DNA from: Octopus vulgaris
Lineage: Eukaryota
Reading direction: 5' to 3'
Length of the DNA: 64,000 nucleotides
NCBI GenBank assembly: GCA_951406725.2
Contig: OX597819.1
Location: forward strand, 112,654,001-112,718,000
Shown piece by piece: positions 41,535 to 56,070 of this stretch (positions within the stretch are counted from its first letter, which is position 1; every line of letters begins with the position of its first letter). A program made the position numbers and the translations under genes. The notes under the pieces are model-generated. The model made no database searches, was not told where the DNA came from, and was given only the letters and a program-made list of their open reading frames with translations.

Positions 41535-42104
41535 ATGAATAATCTTGTGCAGATTAATCAAAAGTTTAACCGATACCTTGGTAGCAAAAATCACAGCAGA
41601 AGAAAGCACGGTTGGAGGTACAACCATATGGTGTTGCAACCGTGCGTTGGTGCGGATAATTGAATTTATATACAATAAAACTTACTTGGAAATGGATGTG
41701 TGGCGTTCAATTGTATAATAATATGAATAATATATAAATATATATGCATGCATACACATATATATGTACATACATTTATTTGTATATACATGCATATATG
41801 GGCACAGGACACCATGGAAGGTAAACAACATAAAATAAACATAAAATACGAAAACAACATGAAATAGGAAATACAACAAGGAACACAAACTTTTTTGCGA
41901 ACAATGAAAGAAACAAACGGAAAACAAGCTCGTATTCCATGTTGTCGTATTTCGTATTACATGTTGTTTTTGTATTTTATGTTTATTTAAAATTTTTTAC
42001 GTTCTGTGGTGTCCTGTGCCCATATATGCATGTATATACAAATATATGTATGTACATATATATGTGTATGTATGCATATATACTTGTATATTATATATAT
42101 TATA
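41535..42104. mobile_element. Fold-back repeat, Penelope-type by architecture
   Basis: Arms about 41725-41880 and 41940-42104 are reverse complements (catatatgggcacaggacacca / tggtgtcctgtgcccatatatg). Adjacent hairpin gcacggttg...caaccgtgc at 41606-41645. Confidence 0.5.
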
Positions 42105-43382
42105 GAATATATTTTTCTTCTCTTTTTTTATTCTTTTCTTTCATTTATTTGTTTCAGTCATTTGACTGTGGCCATGCTAGAGCACCGCCTTTGGTCGAAC
42201 AAATCAAGCCCAGTACTTATTCTTTGTAAGCCTAGTACTTATTCTATCGTCTCTTTTGCCGAACTGCTAAGTTATGGGGCCATGAACACACCACCATGGG
42301 TTGTCAAGCGATGGTGGGGGGGCAAACACAGACACACAAGCACACACAGACACACACACACACACATATATACGATGGGCTTCTTTCAGTTTCCATCTAC
42401 CAAATCTACACACAAGGCTTTGGTCGGCCTGAGACTATAGTAGAAGACACTTGTGCCCAAGGTGCCACGCAATGGAATTGAACCTGGAACCATGGGGTTC
42501 ATAAGCAAGCTACTCACCACACAGCCACTCCTGTGCCTATATATATTTGTAAAAAGGAAGTTTGAAAACGCCACTATATAAGATAAATTTTAATTTTCTT
42601 AGAAACTTTACATGCTTCGGTTCTTCAAAAAACGAACCTTATCAAAAATATTTTTAAAAATTAAGTGTAATAAAAAAGTTCATAATTGTTTCTTACTGGT
42701 CTCAACAGAATCTACATGGTGGTTTTTTGTGGGGAGTAAGCATAATAGCTGTCTTATGTGTTCAAATAAAATTAATGAATTGACCAGTGGCTGAAATGGC
42801 AGTAGCAACTATCTGACTGGGGAACGCAACAGGAAACCACTCCAGTATATATCCAATTTCTAGTCATGGGAGCCAGTTCCAGTAATCTACTTAACAGTGG
42901 CAGGAAGGGTATAGAACCTGCCAGGTCAAACAAAAAATTGCTGGAGAAGGTTCACATATACAAGACCTGCCCAAGGGCAGACCACCACTAGGCTAGACTA
43001 GACTAGGTGGGTAAATTAAGAAAAAATGGATTTTCAACTATTTTAGAGAATTCACTTTCACAATCAGCATTTTGAGTACAAATCTCACCATTGTTATAAC
43101 ATGAGCAAGTTACTTTGCTTGACCTGCTAGAAGTAACAACTCATTCTCCCTCATATCATACTTACTGATTTATATGAGGAAAGACAATTAGAAATACATT
43201 TCTAGTTGTATTTTAACTGAAAATAAAAATATAAGATGGTTAATACTGAAATATATGATCATAGTATAGGACTTTGCTCATGAACTCATAACAGATGAAT
43301 ATAGCTTCAACATACACACACACACACACAGACTTATATATATTTTTTGTGTGTGTGTACATATATTCATATGAAAGTGTTT

Positions 43383-44327
43383 AGGTGTAGGAGTGGCTGT
43401 GTGGTAACTAGCTTGCTTACCAACCACATGGTTTCGGTTTCAGTCCCACTGTGTGGCACCTTGGGCAAGTGTCTTCTATTATAGCCTCAGACTGACTAAA
43501 GCCTTGTGAGTGGATTTGGTAGATGGAAACTGAAAGAAGCCCGTCGTATATATGTATATATATATATGTATGTGTGTGTATTTTTTTTATGTGTCTGTGT
43601 TTGTCCCCCCTAACATTGCTTGACAACCAATGCTTGTGTGTTTACGTCTCCGTAACTTAGCGGTTCAGCAAAAGTGACTGATAGAATAAGTACTAGGCTT
43701 ACAAAGAATAAGACATGAGGTCGATTTACTTGACTAAAGGCAGTGCTCCAGCATGGCCACAGTCAAATGACTGAATCAAGTAAAAGAGTAAAAGTAAAAG
43801 AGTAAATACATACAAGCACACAAATAAGAATATATACATAAATACACACAAACACCACATGCATACACACACATATTCATATACATATACACACACACAC
43901 ACACACACATACATATACTCTTTACTCTTTTACTCTTTTACTTGTTTCAGTCATTTGACTGCGGCCATGCTGGAGCACCGCCTTTAGTCGAGCAACTCGA
44001 CCCCGGGACTTATTCTTTTGTAAGCCCAGTACTTATTCTATCGGTCTCTTTTGCCGAACCGCTAAGTTACGGGGACGTAAACACACCAGCATCGGTTGTC
44101 AAGCAATGCTAGGGGAACAAACACAGACACACAAACACACACACACATACATATATATATACACATACATATATACGACATGCTTCTTTCAGTTTCTGTC
44201 TACCAAATCCACTCACAAGGCATTGGTCGACCCGGGGCTATAGCAGAAGACACTTGCCCAAGGTGCCACGCAGTGGGACTGAACCCGGAACCATGTGTTT
44301 AGTTAGCAAGCTACTTACCACACAGCC
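43383..44327. mobile_element. Two SINE A copies in tail-to-tail inverted orientation
   Basis: 43383-43805 (+) and about 43915-44327 (-), separated by about 110 bp of CA/TA repeat. Confidence 0.9.
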
Positions 44328-44844
44328 AAATACATATATATGTGAGAAATTAATTAAACAACAAGGGAATAAGAAATTACGTCATGAATTTACAGCTGTT
44401 TCTGCACACATTGAATTGAGTGCTCATGTATCAGTCTATCTATATATGGTATTACCATTTTGCCTATGAATTCTATACACTCATATACATAGAGATATGT
44501 TTTTAAATATCAACATATATATGCACATATATGTATGAACAAGCATGCATGCACACATGTGTGCGTGAGAAACAGGAAGACGAAAATAGCAGTTCAAAGA
44601 CAAGGAGGTGAAGACCACTTTAAAGATGGCTCACAGCATCCCTTGAAGTGTTTAAGTCATTGCTATCTGATACCCACCATGCTAGTCCCGCTGTTGTTGG
44701 AGATTGAAGATAATGGAAATAAATATGCCCACCACTTATGGGAAAAAATAACAAGAAAAGAGACGTACAGGAAAAGTTACATCTCATCTCTCCAGCCACA
44801 CATTTAGATGTCTTTCCTGTGATCAGAGCCGAGCATCAGTGTCT

Positions 44845-44893
<49 letters not shown>

Positions 44894-45704
44894 ATGTGTG
44901 CATGTGTGTATGCATGTATGTATGTATGTATGTATGCACGCATGTATGTATTCATATATATATGTATATATGATGTATACATATATATATCTGAAATATA
45001 TATATATATATATATATATATGCATATACATATTGATATATATATATATATATCTCTGTGTGTGTGTGTATATATATCTGTGTGTGTATATGCAAGTATA
45101 TGCATATGTATATATGTGTATGTATGTATATGTATATATATATATATATGAGGCAAGTGAGGATCAGAATCGAAATCGATCAATGGAAATTGCGGATGTG
45201 CTACAAGTGCCGGTGGCATGTCGAAACTCTGCTTGTGAAGACCCATTGAGGCAAGTGAGGATCAGAATCGAAATCAATCAATGGAAATCGATCAATGGAA
45301 ATTGCAGATGTGTTACCAGTGCCGGTGGCATGTAAGAGAACTTTCTGTTTCGCGACCGTTGCCAGCACCGCCCCGTTTCGTGTCCGTTGCCAGCCTCGCC
45401 TGGCCCTCGTGCCGGTGGCACATAAAAAGCACCATCCATTCGTGGCCGTTTGCCAGCTCTGTCTGGCACCAGTGCGGGTGGCACGTAAAAAGCACCCACT
45501 ACACTCACGGAGTGGTTGGCGTTAGGAAGGGCATCCAGCCGTAGAAACACTGCCAGATTTGACTGGGCCTGATGAAGCCTTCTGGCTTCACAGACCCCAG
45601 TAGAACCGTCCAACCCATGCTAGCATGGAAAACGGACGCTAAATGATGATGATGATGATGATGATATATATATATATATATATATATATGTATACATATT
45701 AATA

Positions 45705-45751
<47 letters not shown>

Positions 45752-46557
45752 TAGTGGCATGTAAAAAGCACCATTCAAACGTGATCATTACCAGCATCAC
45801 CTTACTGGCACTTGTGCTGATGACATGTGAAAAACATTCAAGCGAGGTCATTGCCAGTGTCACTAGACTGGCTCCTGTGCAGATGGCACATAGAAAACAC
45901 CACTTGAGCATGGCCATTGCCAGTATCGCCTAACTGGTCCACGTGCCGCTGGCACATAAAAGCACCCACTACACTCTTGGAGTGGTTGGTGTTAGGAAGG
46001 GCATCCAACTGTAGAAACTCTGCCAGATCAGATTGGAGCCTGGTACACCCATCTGGTTCGCCAGACATCAGTCAAATCGTCCAACCCATGCTAGCATAGA
46101 AAATGGATGTTAAACGATGATGATGATACATATATATATATATATACTCTTTACTCTTTACTCTTTTACTTGTTTCAGTCATTTGACTGCGGCCATGCTG
46201 GAGCACTGCCTTTAGTCGAGCAAATTGACCCCGGGACTTATTCTTTGTAAGCCCAGTACTTATTCTACCGGTCTCTTTTGCCGAACCGCTAAGTGACGGG
46301 GACGTAAACACACCAGCATCGGTTGTCAAGCAATGCTAGGGGGACAAACACAGACACACAAACATATACACACACACATATATATGTACATATATACGAC
46401 AGGCTTCTTTCAGGTTCCGTCTACCAAATCCACTCACAAGGCATTGGTCGACCCGGGGCTATAGCAGAAGACACTTGCCCAAGATGCCACACAGTGGGAT
46501 TGAACCCGGAACCATGTGGTTGGTTAACAAGCTACTTACCACACAGCCACTCCTGCG

Positions 46558-46602
<45 letters not shown>

Positions 46603-46654
46603 GTATATGTATATACACCGTGTATGTACACATACACACACACTCATATGCACT

Positions 46655-46712
<58 letters not shown>

Positions 46713-46807
46713 TGAAGAAATGATCATAATAGTGTACAGTGAAATATATTAATGATAGAATAATTAACTTCAGATAATGGAGATATTTTTCCTTCCTTTG
46801 TATATGT

Positions 46808-46880
<73 letters not shown>

Positions 46881-48195
46881 CACTCACACATATACAGACA
46901 CACACACACAGATATATATGTCAGAATTTTTCCAAGGAAACGAGATAAAATACCGCTTAAATCTTTTTATCTTGTGTTTTTACTTTTTTTTTTGTCCATA
47001 TGTGTGTTGGTCATTGTCAAGCATAAGAAACACTGTTTAGTGCTAGAGAACAACACACACACACAAAAATTATAAAAGGACTCAGTATTTCCTGAGGACA
47101 ATCCATACTTCATATCTGTATACAATATTAAAGAAAACACACCTTCATTGTTCTGACTATTTATTAGACACACGGCCAAACACAGAGGGGACAAAACAAT
47201 GTAGAACTTTTACTTTTCGAAAGAGAGAAAGAAAACAAAAAAAAAAACATGATGGAAAGGGATCAAAAGTGTTTGGGACATGTAAACAGCAAAATAAGGG
47301 GGAGTAAAAATGCAAAACAGATTAGGTTTATCCGTGGAAAGAAAAGCCTACGAAAAAGACCATGGTAACCTCAGGCTTGTAAAGAAACACATGAGAGCAA
47401 ATCTCTCTATCTCTCTCTCTCTCTCTTTCTCTTTTAGATTTACAGGATTATGCTCAAAGGGGTTTCATCATTCGCTCGTACCATCTTTGCTACATTCACC
47501 CACCTTTTATTGAAATCTATCATTATGTATCCATACGCAATCACGTACATAAGTTTGTATGTGTGTGTGTGTGTGTGCATGGCCTAGTTGTTAGGGTGTT
47601 GGACTCATGATTGCGAGATTGTGGTTTCAATTCTTAGACTAGTTAGTGTGTTGTGTTCTTGAGCAAAACACTTCATCCCATGCTGCTCAGCAATCACTTT
47701 GACATCTGATGCATGGCACACAGTGCAGACAACATCGATTTGATGGAGAGAATGAGCTTATGAGCAGCACAAACATTTGATCAATATAGACAGCTCATTT
47801 GTGCTGGTTGTTTGATGAACTTCATCATTGTTGAAGGTGAGTCCACCATATATTATCATCATCATCATCATCGTTTTACATCTGCTTTCCATGCTGGCAT
47901 GGGCTGGATGGTTTAACTGAGGACTGGTGAGCCAGAAGCTGCACCAGGCTCAATCTGATCTGGCAGAGAGAGAGAGGGGGGGAGTGAGAGAGGTATACAT
48001 ACATACATACATACATGTGTGTATGTATAAGTGTTAGTTGATGTCAAAATTATAGACAATTGCATGTAATAAAGCACAAACAAACAAATAAATAAAAATG
48101 AGTAAGTTCAAAAGAACTTACTCCTTTATAAAACCAAGTAAAGCTAACAACCTTATATTTATATATGTATGTATGTATATATATATGTGTGTATG

Positions 48196-48227
<32 letters not shown>

Positions 48228-48311
48228 TGTATGTATGTATGTATGTATGTATGTATGTATGTATGTATATATGTATGTATGTATGTACATATATATGTGT
48301 GTGTGTATGTA

Positions 48312-48548
48312 TTAGGCTGGTGCATAATTATTGCAGCTTTTTTTCAATAAACTTCATTCAACAAAAACAATAACATTTAACAAAAACATTTTTAAATGAT
48401 TATTCCGATCAGCTGCCAAGTAAATGGAAAGCAGTAATTGAAGTAGACGGTGAATATGCTTGGGAATAATCATTTTAAAATGTTTTTATTGTTTTTGTTG
48501 AATAAAATTTATTGAAACAAAGGCTGCAATAATAATGCACCAACCTGA
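48312..48548 (+). mobile_element. mariner-derived MITE
   Basis: TIRs ttaggctggtgcataattattgcagc / gctgcaataataatgcaccaacctga, flanked by TA. Internal QLPSKWKAVIEVDGEY matches the mariner C-terminus. Confidence 0.85.
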
Positions 48549-48589
48549 TATATATAGTATTACCAGTTCCAGTAATTCCAGTTCCAGTA

Positions 48590-50550
48590 ATAAACCCAAT
48601 TGTAGCCTCTTAAACCCAGCAAGAACTGAAATAACTTTAGTAGCTTATAAAATATGAAGGAATATTTTTATCAGAATTAGAGAGACTATTAAACTACCAC
48701 AATGGGCAAATAGCAACACTGTCATAGATTTGTTTAGGAATTTAAAGGATAAGCATAGAACTAGATTTGTAGATTTTTATCCTTTGATACTGAGATCATT
48801 GTTGAATATGATGATTGAGTTCACAAAAAGATATACCAATATTGACTACATAACTCTGGACTCTATCATGCATGTGCAAAAAACCCTTCTATTCAGCAAA
48901 GGCTCTACAGGGGTTAGAAAATCTGATAAGGATGAACTGTTTGAAATATAAATGCTATCAATGACAGTGCAGACATCAATGATCTTGTAGGTCTCCATAT
49001 ATTGTATACCTTGAGATCTAAGTTCCTAACCCACGACATTGGCTTATAACATGATGGTGGTTTGGGCATATATCATGACTGTGATGGACATACACTTAAT
49101 AAATTTAAGTAAAAATTCATATACACCTTTAGTCAATTATGTCTCAGAATTACTGTATCTATTAATTTGTCCAAATTTGATTTCTTAGATGTTTCCCTAG
49201 ACTTAAACTGATACTCTTATAAACTCTGCCATAAATCGAATGAGAAGCTCACTTCTCCAAAGGAAATATTTAAAAACACAGTCCCTTACTATAATGATGC
49301 TTTAGCTAAGAGCAACTTCAAAGACAAGATATCATATAATCCTTCAGTTAAAAATATGAAACCCCAAAATAGATAAACAATATAGTTCATCCAGCCCCTG
49401 TCTCCTTAAATTTTAAAACCAACATGGGCAAGAAATTCCTGGCATTATTATATAAGCATTTTCCAGCAAACCACAAATGCAGGAAGATTTTTAATAGACA
49501 CTTTTCTTTTATCTTTTACTTATTTCAAACACAGGCACAAAGACACACACACATAGATATAGATATATACATACATATATATGATGGGCTTCTTTTAGTT
49601 TCTGTGTACTAAATCTACTCGCAAGACTTTGGTTAGTTCAAGGCTAGTGTAGAAGACACTTGTCCAAGGTACCACACTGTGGGACTAAACCCCAAACCAT
49701 GTGGTTAGGAAGCAAGGTTTTACCACACCACCATGCTGGCACCTTCAATAATTTCATTCGGTTGTTGCCCCTATATGAAGGACACTTGTAAGTCACACCA
49801 AGAGCCCACTCCTTGGTGTCACTGTCAAGACTACAAAGCTTGCCCATTTATCAGGCTTGTTGTTTACAAAGCTGAAGTTACAGCAGTGTTCCAAGAAAAC
49901 GCAATTGAGAAGAAAAATTATGTCAATGCAAACCACCAGCCTTCTTTCCACTACAGTGATAAGAATACAGCCACTAAGTTAGGTAGCTGAGTATGAAGAG
50001 CTGATGATCAAACAGCACACCACATACAACCAAGTGAAGAATTGTGGAGAAATCTATGCCATATATAAATGGGTCAAAGGGTCAAATAGATGCAAGTTAT
50101 GCGTAGCTGAAAATTACAAATTCTTTTGAGGGGCAAGAATTCCACCACACTACTTAATTCAAGATCTGAAATTTTTAGGAAATGCAAAGACATTTTGTTG
50201 AACTAGAGGACACCACCCACTCCAAATTGAATAACTATCTCACAAACTTTGGCCTCCACTCTGTTTTATTATTCTACTATAGCAAGATTAATTATGATTT
50301 CTACAGACAAAGGGGTCAAAGATCTTCATTTTTTTTATTTTTCTTTCTTCTTGTTCCACTTTTTGCATTAACCTTTTTCACATTTTGCTTCTCATTTTTC
50401 TTTTTTTTTTCGAGTTTTCTCATAAAACAACATCCTGGTTCTTAAATACATCTAACAATATACACAGAGCCTGAACGATTGCTTAAAGATAAATGGCATG
50501 GTATATAAATCTGTTGAATTACAGCATGAAATTAATAGTAGCTCTTTCAT
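48590..50550 (+). mobile_element. Decayed Penelope-like element (RT and GIY-YIG remnants), interrupted by a SINE at about 49505-49730
   Basis: KPNCSLLNPARTEI, QWANSNTVIDLFRNL, VDFYPLI, IMHVQKTLLF, DSADINDLVGLHIL and IGL*HDGGL correspond to PLE RT motifs. CHCQDYKACP..VVYKAEVT..KNYV and LLNSRSEIFRKCRH correspond to the PLE endonuclease region. Confidence 0.8.
50466..50545 (+). ncRNA. Hammerhead motif in the 3' terminal region of the Penelope element
   Basis: agagc-CTGAaCGA-t-tgct...agca-t-GAAA-ttaatag-TA-gctct: 5-bp stem I, GUA triplet, one extra nucleotide in the core. Confidence 0.55.
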
Positions 50551-51067
50551 AAATTGTGTGTGTGTGTGTGTGTGTATGTGTGTGTTAGCCATTCTTCATC
50601 CATTAATATTCTCTACATCCATGTTTCAGTGGGCACCCCATCCCTATCTCAGACCAGCATGGAAATAAATAGTGGTCATTCTCACTCTCTCTTCTAAAAA
50701 TATGAGTAGCAATGTAACTCCTCTACAAGAACCTGTTCTACTCCAACCACTGTCCGCATACATTAAATTCTATCTAATATAAGGATGCACTCCCCCATAC
50801 ATTAATCATATTTTATAGATCTGCAAGCTGCATGGCGATCTCAGTAGTGCTGGTGCTATGGAAAAAAAAAGCATCCAATACACACTGTAAAGTGGTTGGT
50901 GTTAGGAAGGTTATCCAGCTATAGAAAGAAATCATGTCAAAACAAACACTAGAGAATGAGGCAATCCTTGGACTCATCAGATCCTTGTGAAACCATCCAA
51001 ACTATGCCAGTAGGGAACATGAATGTTAAGGGATGATATGACAGTGATGATGTTGATGATATATATA

Positions 51068-51514
51068 TCTATACATATAAAGCTGAAGTTGTCTGTGTGT
51101 GTGTATGTGTGGCAGGTTTGGTAGCCTTCAGCTAACACTATCTTCTTCGAGACCCTGCGGTGCAAGTTGACCAAAATTGAGAGTATGATAAACGAAGGCT
51201 TGCTCTTCATTCTGTAGAAGAAAGAATTAAAATCGGACCATGTTAAGACTAAAAATTATTTACATAAAAAAGGTGCTTTTTTTCTATGAAAATACCTATT
51301 TTTTACGATTTTTTGACTGCTGTGATGCCATTTTTCGTTGTATTTCAACCAGAAAAATGTTCACTCAAAGAGAATAACAAGCTACATAACGCAAAATTTT
51401 TACTTTTCAAAAAAGATTGAAACTATGTCAAAACTTTGTTAACATGACATCAAAGTCTGCCATTTTAAGCGCAACTAAAAAACAAACCCGAGCAACGCCG
51501 GGCTATACTGCTAG
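51068..51514 (+). mobile_element. Non-autonomous Helitron
   Basis: 5' end TC (tctatacatataaag), subterminal hairpin cccg-agcaacgc-cggg, 3' end CTAG. Inserted between A and T with no TSD. Confidence 0.8.
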
Positions 51515-51527
51515 TATATATATATAT

Positions 51528-51800
51528 AGCTGTAAGACCTTCTATTTATATGTGAGGTATACTTGCCATCTCAATATGGCTAACCACTAAGGGTGGGTGT
51601 TACTGTAGCTTGTAGCCCCAGGAGAACATCATCCCCGGCTAGCTTTAGTGGTTAGTCATATTGAGACGGCAAATATACCTCACGTTGTCATGCAGTTACT
51701 GTTTATACCTCGTTCAGAGATTTATTATTGTTTCTATTTATAAATGTTCTAAAATCTTCTCAGCCTTGATTTTTTAATCTCATTCTGTAAAAAAATTTTA
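51528..51800. mobile_element. Short fold-back repeat related to element 212-902
   Basis: Arms 51552-51590 and 51645-51683. The spacer tagccccaggagaacatcatccccggct matches 332-362. Confidence 0.55.
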
Positions 51801-51816
51801 TATATATATATATATG

Positions 51817-51854
<38 letters not shown>

Positions 51855-53829
51855 AAAGTAAATATTTACCAGGACTTCATCTCCCTTCTGTCAACATTGG
51901 ATTTTAGCTATCTGGTCTAGCTTGCAACACTTACTGCCTGCATCTATCATATGCCTCATTTCTTAATGTACTCTTAGATGTGTGTGTGTGTGTGTGCATA
52001 CATGTATGTGACTCCATGTGTGTGTGTGTGTGTGCATGCATACATATGTTTGTAGAAACGTATATATATATAGACATATAAAGATACATGTATACGTGTG
52101 TGTGAGTGTGTGAGTATGCGTTGAGTGTATGAGTATGCGTTGAGTGTGTGTATGTATGTTTTTGTCTACATGGCTTGATATTGCATACTAATTTTAAACA
52201 AATATCACTGCAATCTTCCATGAAGAAATGTCTGGCTGTAGTGTTGGTCATGTTTGAAGGACTAGAATAATATCTATTCTGCTTTGAAACAGATGAAGAT
52301 TAGTAACAGAAAGAGCATTCAGCCATTGATGATATGTTACAATGAATTTTGCAAGCATGTTGTTGGTGGTGATGGTGGTAGAAGTCAATTGGACAGGCTA
52401 CTTTTGTATTTGGGTGGCAAACCTAGTTTGTTAACCATCTGGCCCTCGGAGGCCTTTCACAGAGTCCATTTTATTGCTAATATTATGGCCAAATCTCCAC
52501 TTAAAGAATAATAAAGCCCTTTCTCCTCAAATCAAGGAGGCCTTGAAAGAACAAACCATGCATATTGCTCTTCCTCCTTCAATCAATAGGGACACTGTTG
52601 GTAAAGGCAGACCTGGGCAAGATTGTTTGAGGAAAGCTAACTGTTGCCTATTCAAGTGAGTCTCTCCTCTCTTTTCTATGAATGGCTACCAAAGGGCCAA
52701 TACAGCTTGACATCATTAAAAAAATGCAAACACTAGGCAAGTCAATGGGAACATGTATAATGCAACAAACAACAAAAGTTAAATGGAAATATATACATTA
52801 GATATGTTAACACTAAATTATCCACAGCTATTCTTCAAAATAGAATAATTTGATAATTAAACAATTCTATTTCCCTACACCTGAACATTCTACAGATATG
52901 TCTATCCTTAATGTAATCTCAACCAAAATCAATGTGGCAGTGTCAAAAACTCAACCTTTGGATTAAGAATACAGGTATAATCCATCTGAAGGGCTTCCAC
53001 AGTTTCTGTCCCATTTCTGTCCAGATTCTCGGCACCTAGTTTCCCTTGTAAGATTTAGGGCAATTTGAAGCTATGATAACAGACACTCAAACATGGGGTC
53101 ATGCAGTGGGATTAAATCTGAGAGTTTCATGGCTACAATGTAAACAAGCATGTATATTGGGTTTTCAGTTATCTTTCATCTTAACCCATTTCAATGTTAT
53201 TTAGCTCGTTAGCCTTCAGATTACTCTGTCAGAGGTAATGCTTATTTATGCATATTGTTTTGAATTAATAATGTATTACCTCATGGCTTTGAAATTTCAA
53301 TGATATGATTGTTTATTTTTAGAATGTCATTTTAAGGGTAGGTGTGATTGGCTGGACCTGGCCAGTTTGAACATAAAACAGGAAAAATATTTGGGCCAGA
53401 TACGGCTGATTTAAATGCTAGTGTTAAATTATTACAAAAAAATTTTTTGGAGTGTTCTATGAGTTTTTTTAGTCCTTTGTTTATTATTTTCAAAATTTGA
53501 ACAAATATTACCTTTTTCCAGACATATTAAATGTGAGCGTCGAGAAAAAAAAGTGAGCAAATTTATCTCACAACCTACTAACCTAATACAATCTTGTACA
53601 TATATGTTTTTTTTTTATCATAGTATTTTTTAAGCACAATATTTCCCTAAAGAGATCAGAACAAAAAAATAAACAAAACATGTGCAGAGTTGTCTCCCCT
53701 CCTTACCAAAAAACTCCCTGAAAATTATATGAGACTTTGAATACTATCGTGTTTTTTTGTCACATTATAATGTATTTTAAATTACCTTTTCACATATTTA
53801 TACATTAAACATATTAAAGCCGAACTCAC

Positions 53830-53878
53830 CTGCCATAGCCTGGTAGATATTCTGTCCAAGATATGATTTATTTCTCAT
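53830..53878 (-). CDS. Candidate first coding exon of the ARHGEF10-like gene (MRNKSYLGQNIYQAMA)
   Basis: Consensus donor CAG|gtgagt at 53830/53829 and ATG at 53878 with an upstream in-frame TGA. 49 nt, phase 1, matching the phase-1 start of exon 7076-7278. Lies in a repeat-poor island (about 53450-54320). No homology support. Confidence 0.45.
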
Positions 53879-54360
53879 AAATGTAATACAACAGAAGACA
53901 CCATAGAAGTAAGCGCTGGTGTTATTATGGACTCACAAACGGGTGGTGAGAAGCAAATACGTATATATATACACACACCAAAACAAGTCAGTACGGAACT
54001 GATTTCAAAAGAACTTAGGTTTGGGTTTGTTTATCACATGATGGATAAAACCTCCAGCTGACATTTAAAACCTATCAGAAAAAGTGACAATTTTAGCAAC
54101 AGCATAATTCTTGCCAAATGTCTGCAGATTGCTTCCTGGTCACCCTCAGCCCCCCCCCCCCGACACCTTCACATTCCCCCATTCCCCCTCTACCAGAGAA
54201 AGAATAAATAAATAAATAAATGAATAGATAAGAAAGAGAGGCAAGTGTGGGAGTGGTAAACTAACAAGGGCGACGTGTGGTTATGTAATGATTTGTTATC
54301 CATGCGCCTAGGACATTTTACAAGCACGTACATATGCACACACACACACATATATACATG

Positions 54361-54448
<88 letters not shown>

Positions 54449-54778
54449 TATATATTTATATACATACATATATATATATATATATATGTATGTATATATG
54501 TATGTATATATGTATGTATATATATTTATATATATACATATATACATATATACACACGTATATATATGTATATATACACACACACAGACATCTATATATA
54601 CATATACATACACAGATACACACATATATATTATACGTGCATACACATATACATATTTACATTGTGTGTGTACATGTGTGTGTGTGTATCAAAATTCATA
54701 TCCATTATGTTTTACTTGATCATTTATGCCTGGGCTTTGTATAACAAAATCTCTTTCTTTCTCTCTTCTGCTCCCCTC

Positions 54779-54813
<35 letters not shown>

Positions 54814-54965
54814 TTTCTCTCTCCCTCTAAATACACACTCACTCACACACGCACATATAATGTGTGTATGCGTGAGTGCATGTGTACATAGAGAGACAGA
54901 GATATTATAGACATTAAGAAACATACATACAGACACCTAAACACAAACACAAACACGCATACAGT

Positions 54966-54999
<34 letters not shown>

Positions 55000-55481
55000 C
55001 AATCATACGCAATTATATTCATTTTTACTTTGACATTACTTTATAAATAACATATGTTCTTTGTTATCAAAGTCTTTTATTGTCCATTTTACAAGCCATT
55101 CACCAATACTCTCCTTCACTATATTTTACTGATATAACAACAGCTATTTTTTGTTTATCAAAGTGTTTTGCTCTACATTTTACAAGTCAGTCATTGATAG
55201 TCTGTTTTAGTGTTAAAAGGTGGTGAGCAGGCAGAATCGTTAGCATGTCAGGCAAAGTGCTTAGTATGTATTTTGTCTGTCTCTATGTTCTGAGTTCAAA
55301 TTCTGCTGAGGTTGACTTTACCTTCCATCATTTCAGGGTCGATGAAATAAATACCAGTTATATACTTGGGTTGAGGTAATCAACTAGCCCCCTCCTGTTA
55401 AATTTCAGGCATTGCCATTGTCATCACCATCATCATCATCATCGTTATGGTCCTCATCATCACCAACATTATCATTGTTGT

Positions 55482-56070
55482 AGTTGTTGTTGTTGTTGGG
55501 CACCTCAAGTGCCTGAGGATAACTCTCAGAAGTGCTAGAGCCATGGTAGGGAGACGAATCATCTCATCCATTGTAGTCCCTAGTTGGTGGATATAGTGTT
55601 CCACCAATCAGGGCCGGACATCTCAGCCAGAGATGTTCTGCAGGTTCCACCTCGTTGTTACAGAGTCTGCGTTGATCTGTGTTGCTGCGTCCTGCCATAT
55701 TTTGCCACCGCCTGAGTGCCGGATGATGACCACTACAGAAGCGTATCATGTCTGTGAAGTCTGCCTTCGAGAGGACTGCTTTGGTTCTTTCATCCAGCTC
55801 CTTCATGAAGACTTCCTTTAGACGGTAATGTTGAATTGGCATTGGCTGGAACCTTTGAAGAATAGCCACCTGACGAATGGCTGTATCGATGGCAGCATCC
55901 AGTTGTGGCAGCACCGAGCCATGTTTCACCTGCATATCTGCAAGTTCCTTGCCGCGGAGGTTGCAATGGCCCGGCACCCATATCATCATCAAAATTTTGC
56001 CAGCTGCTACTAGGGCTGCTGTTTGTTACAATTCTCTAATTGTCGGGTCTGAGGGGAACGAGTTGTCTAC
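55482..56070 (-). mobile_element. 3' fragment of an RNase H-bearing LINE (I/R1-like) with (CAA)n tail
   Basis: WVPGHCNLRGKELAD is the RNase H C-terminal motif; RFCSGHH and RLCNNEVEPAEHLWLRCPAL form a CCHC knuckle. Confidence 0.75.
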
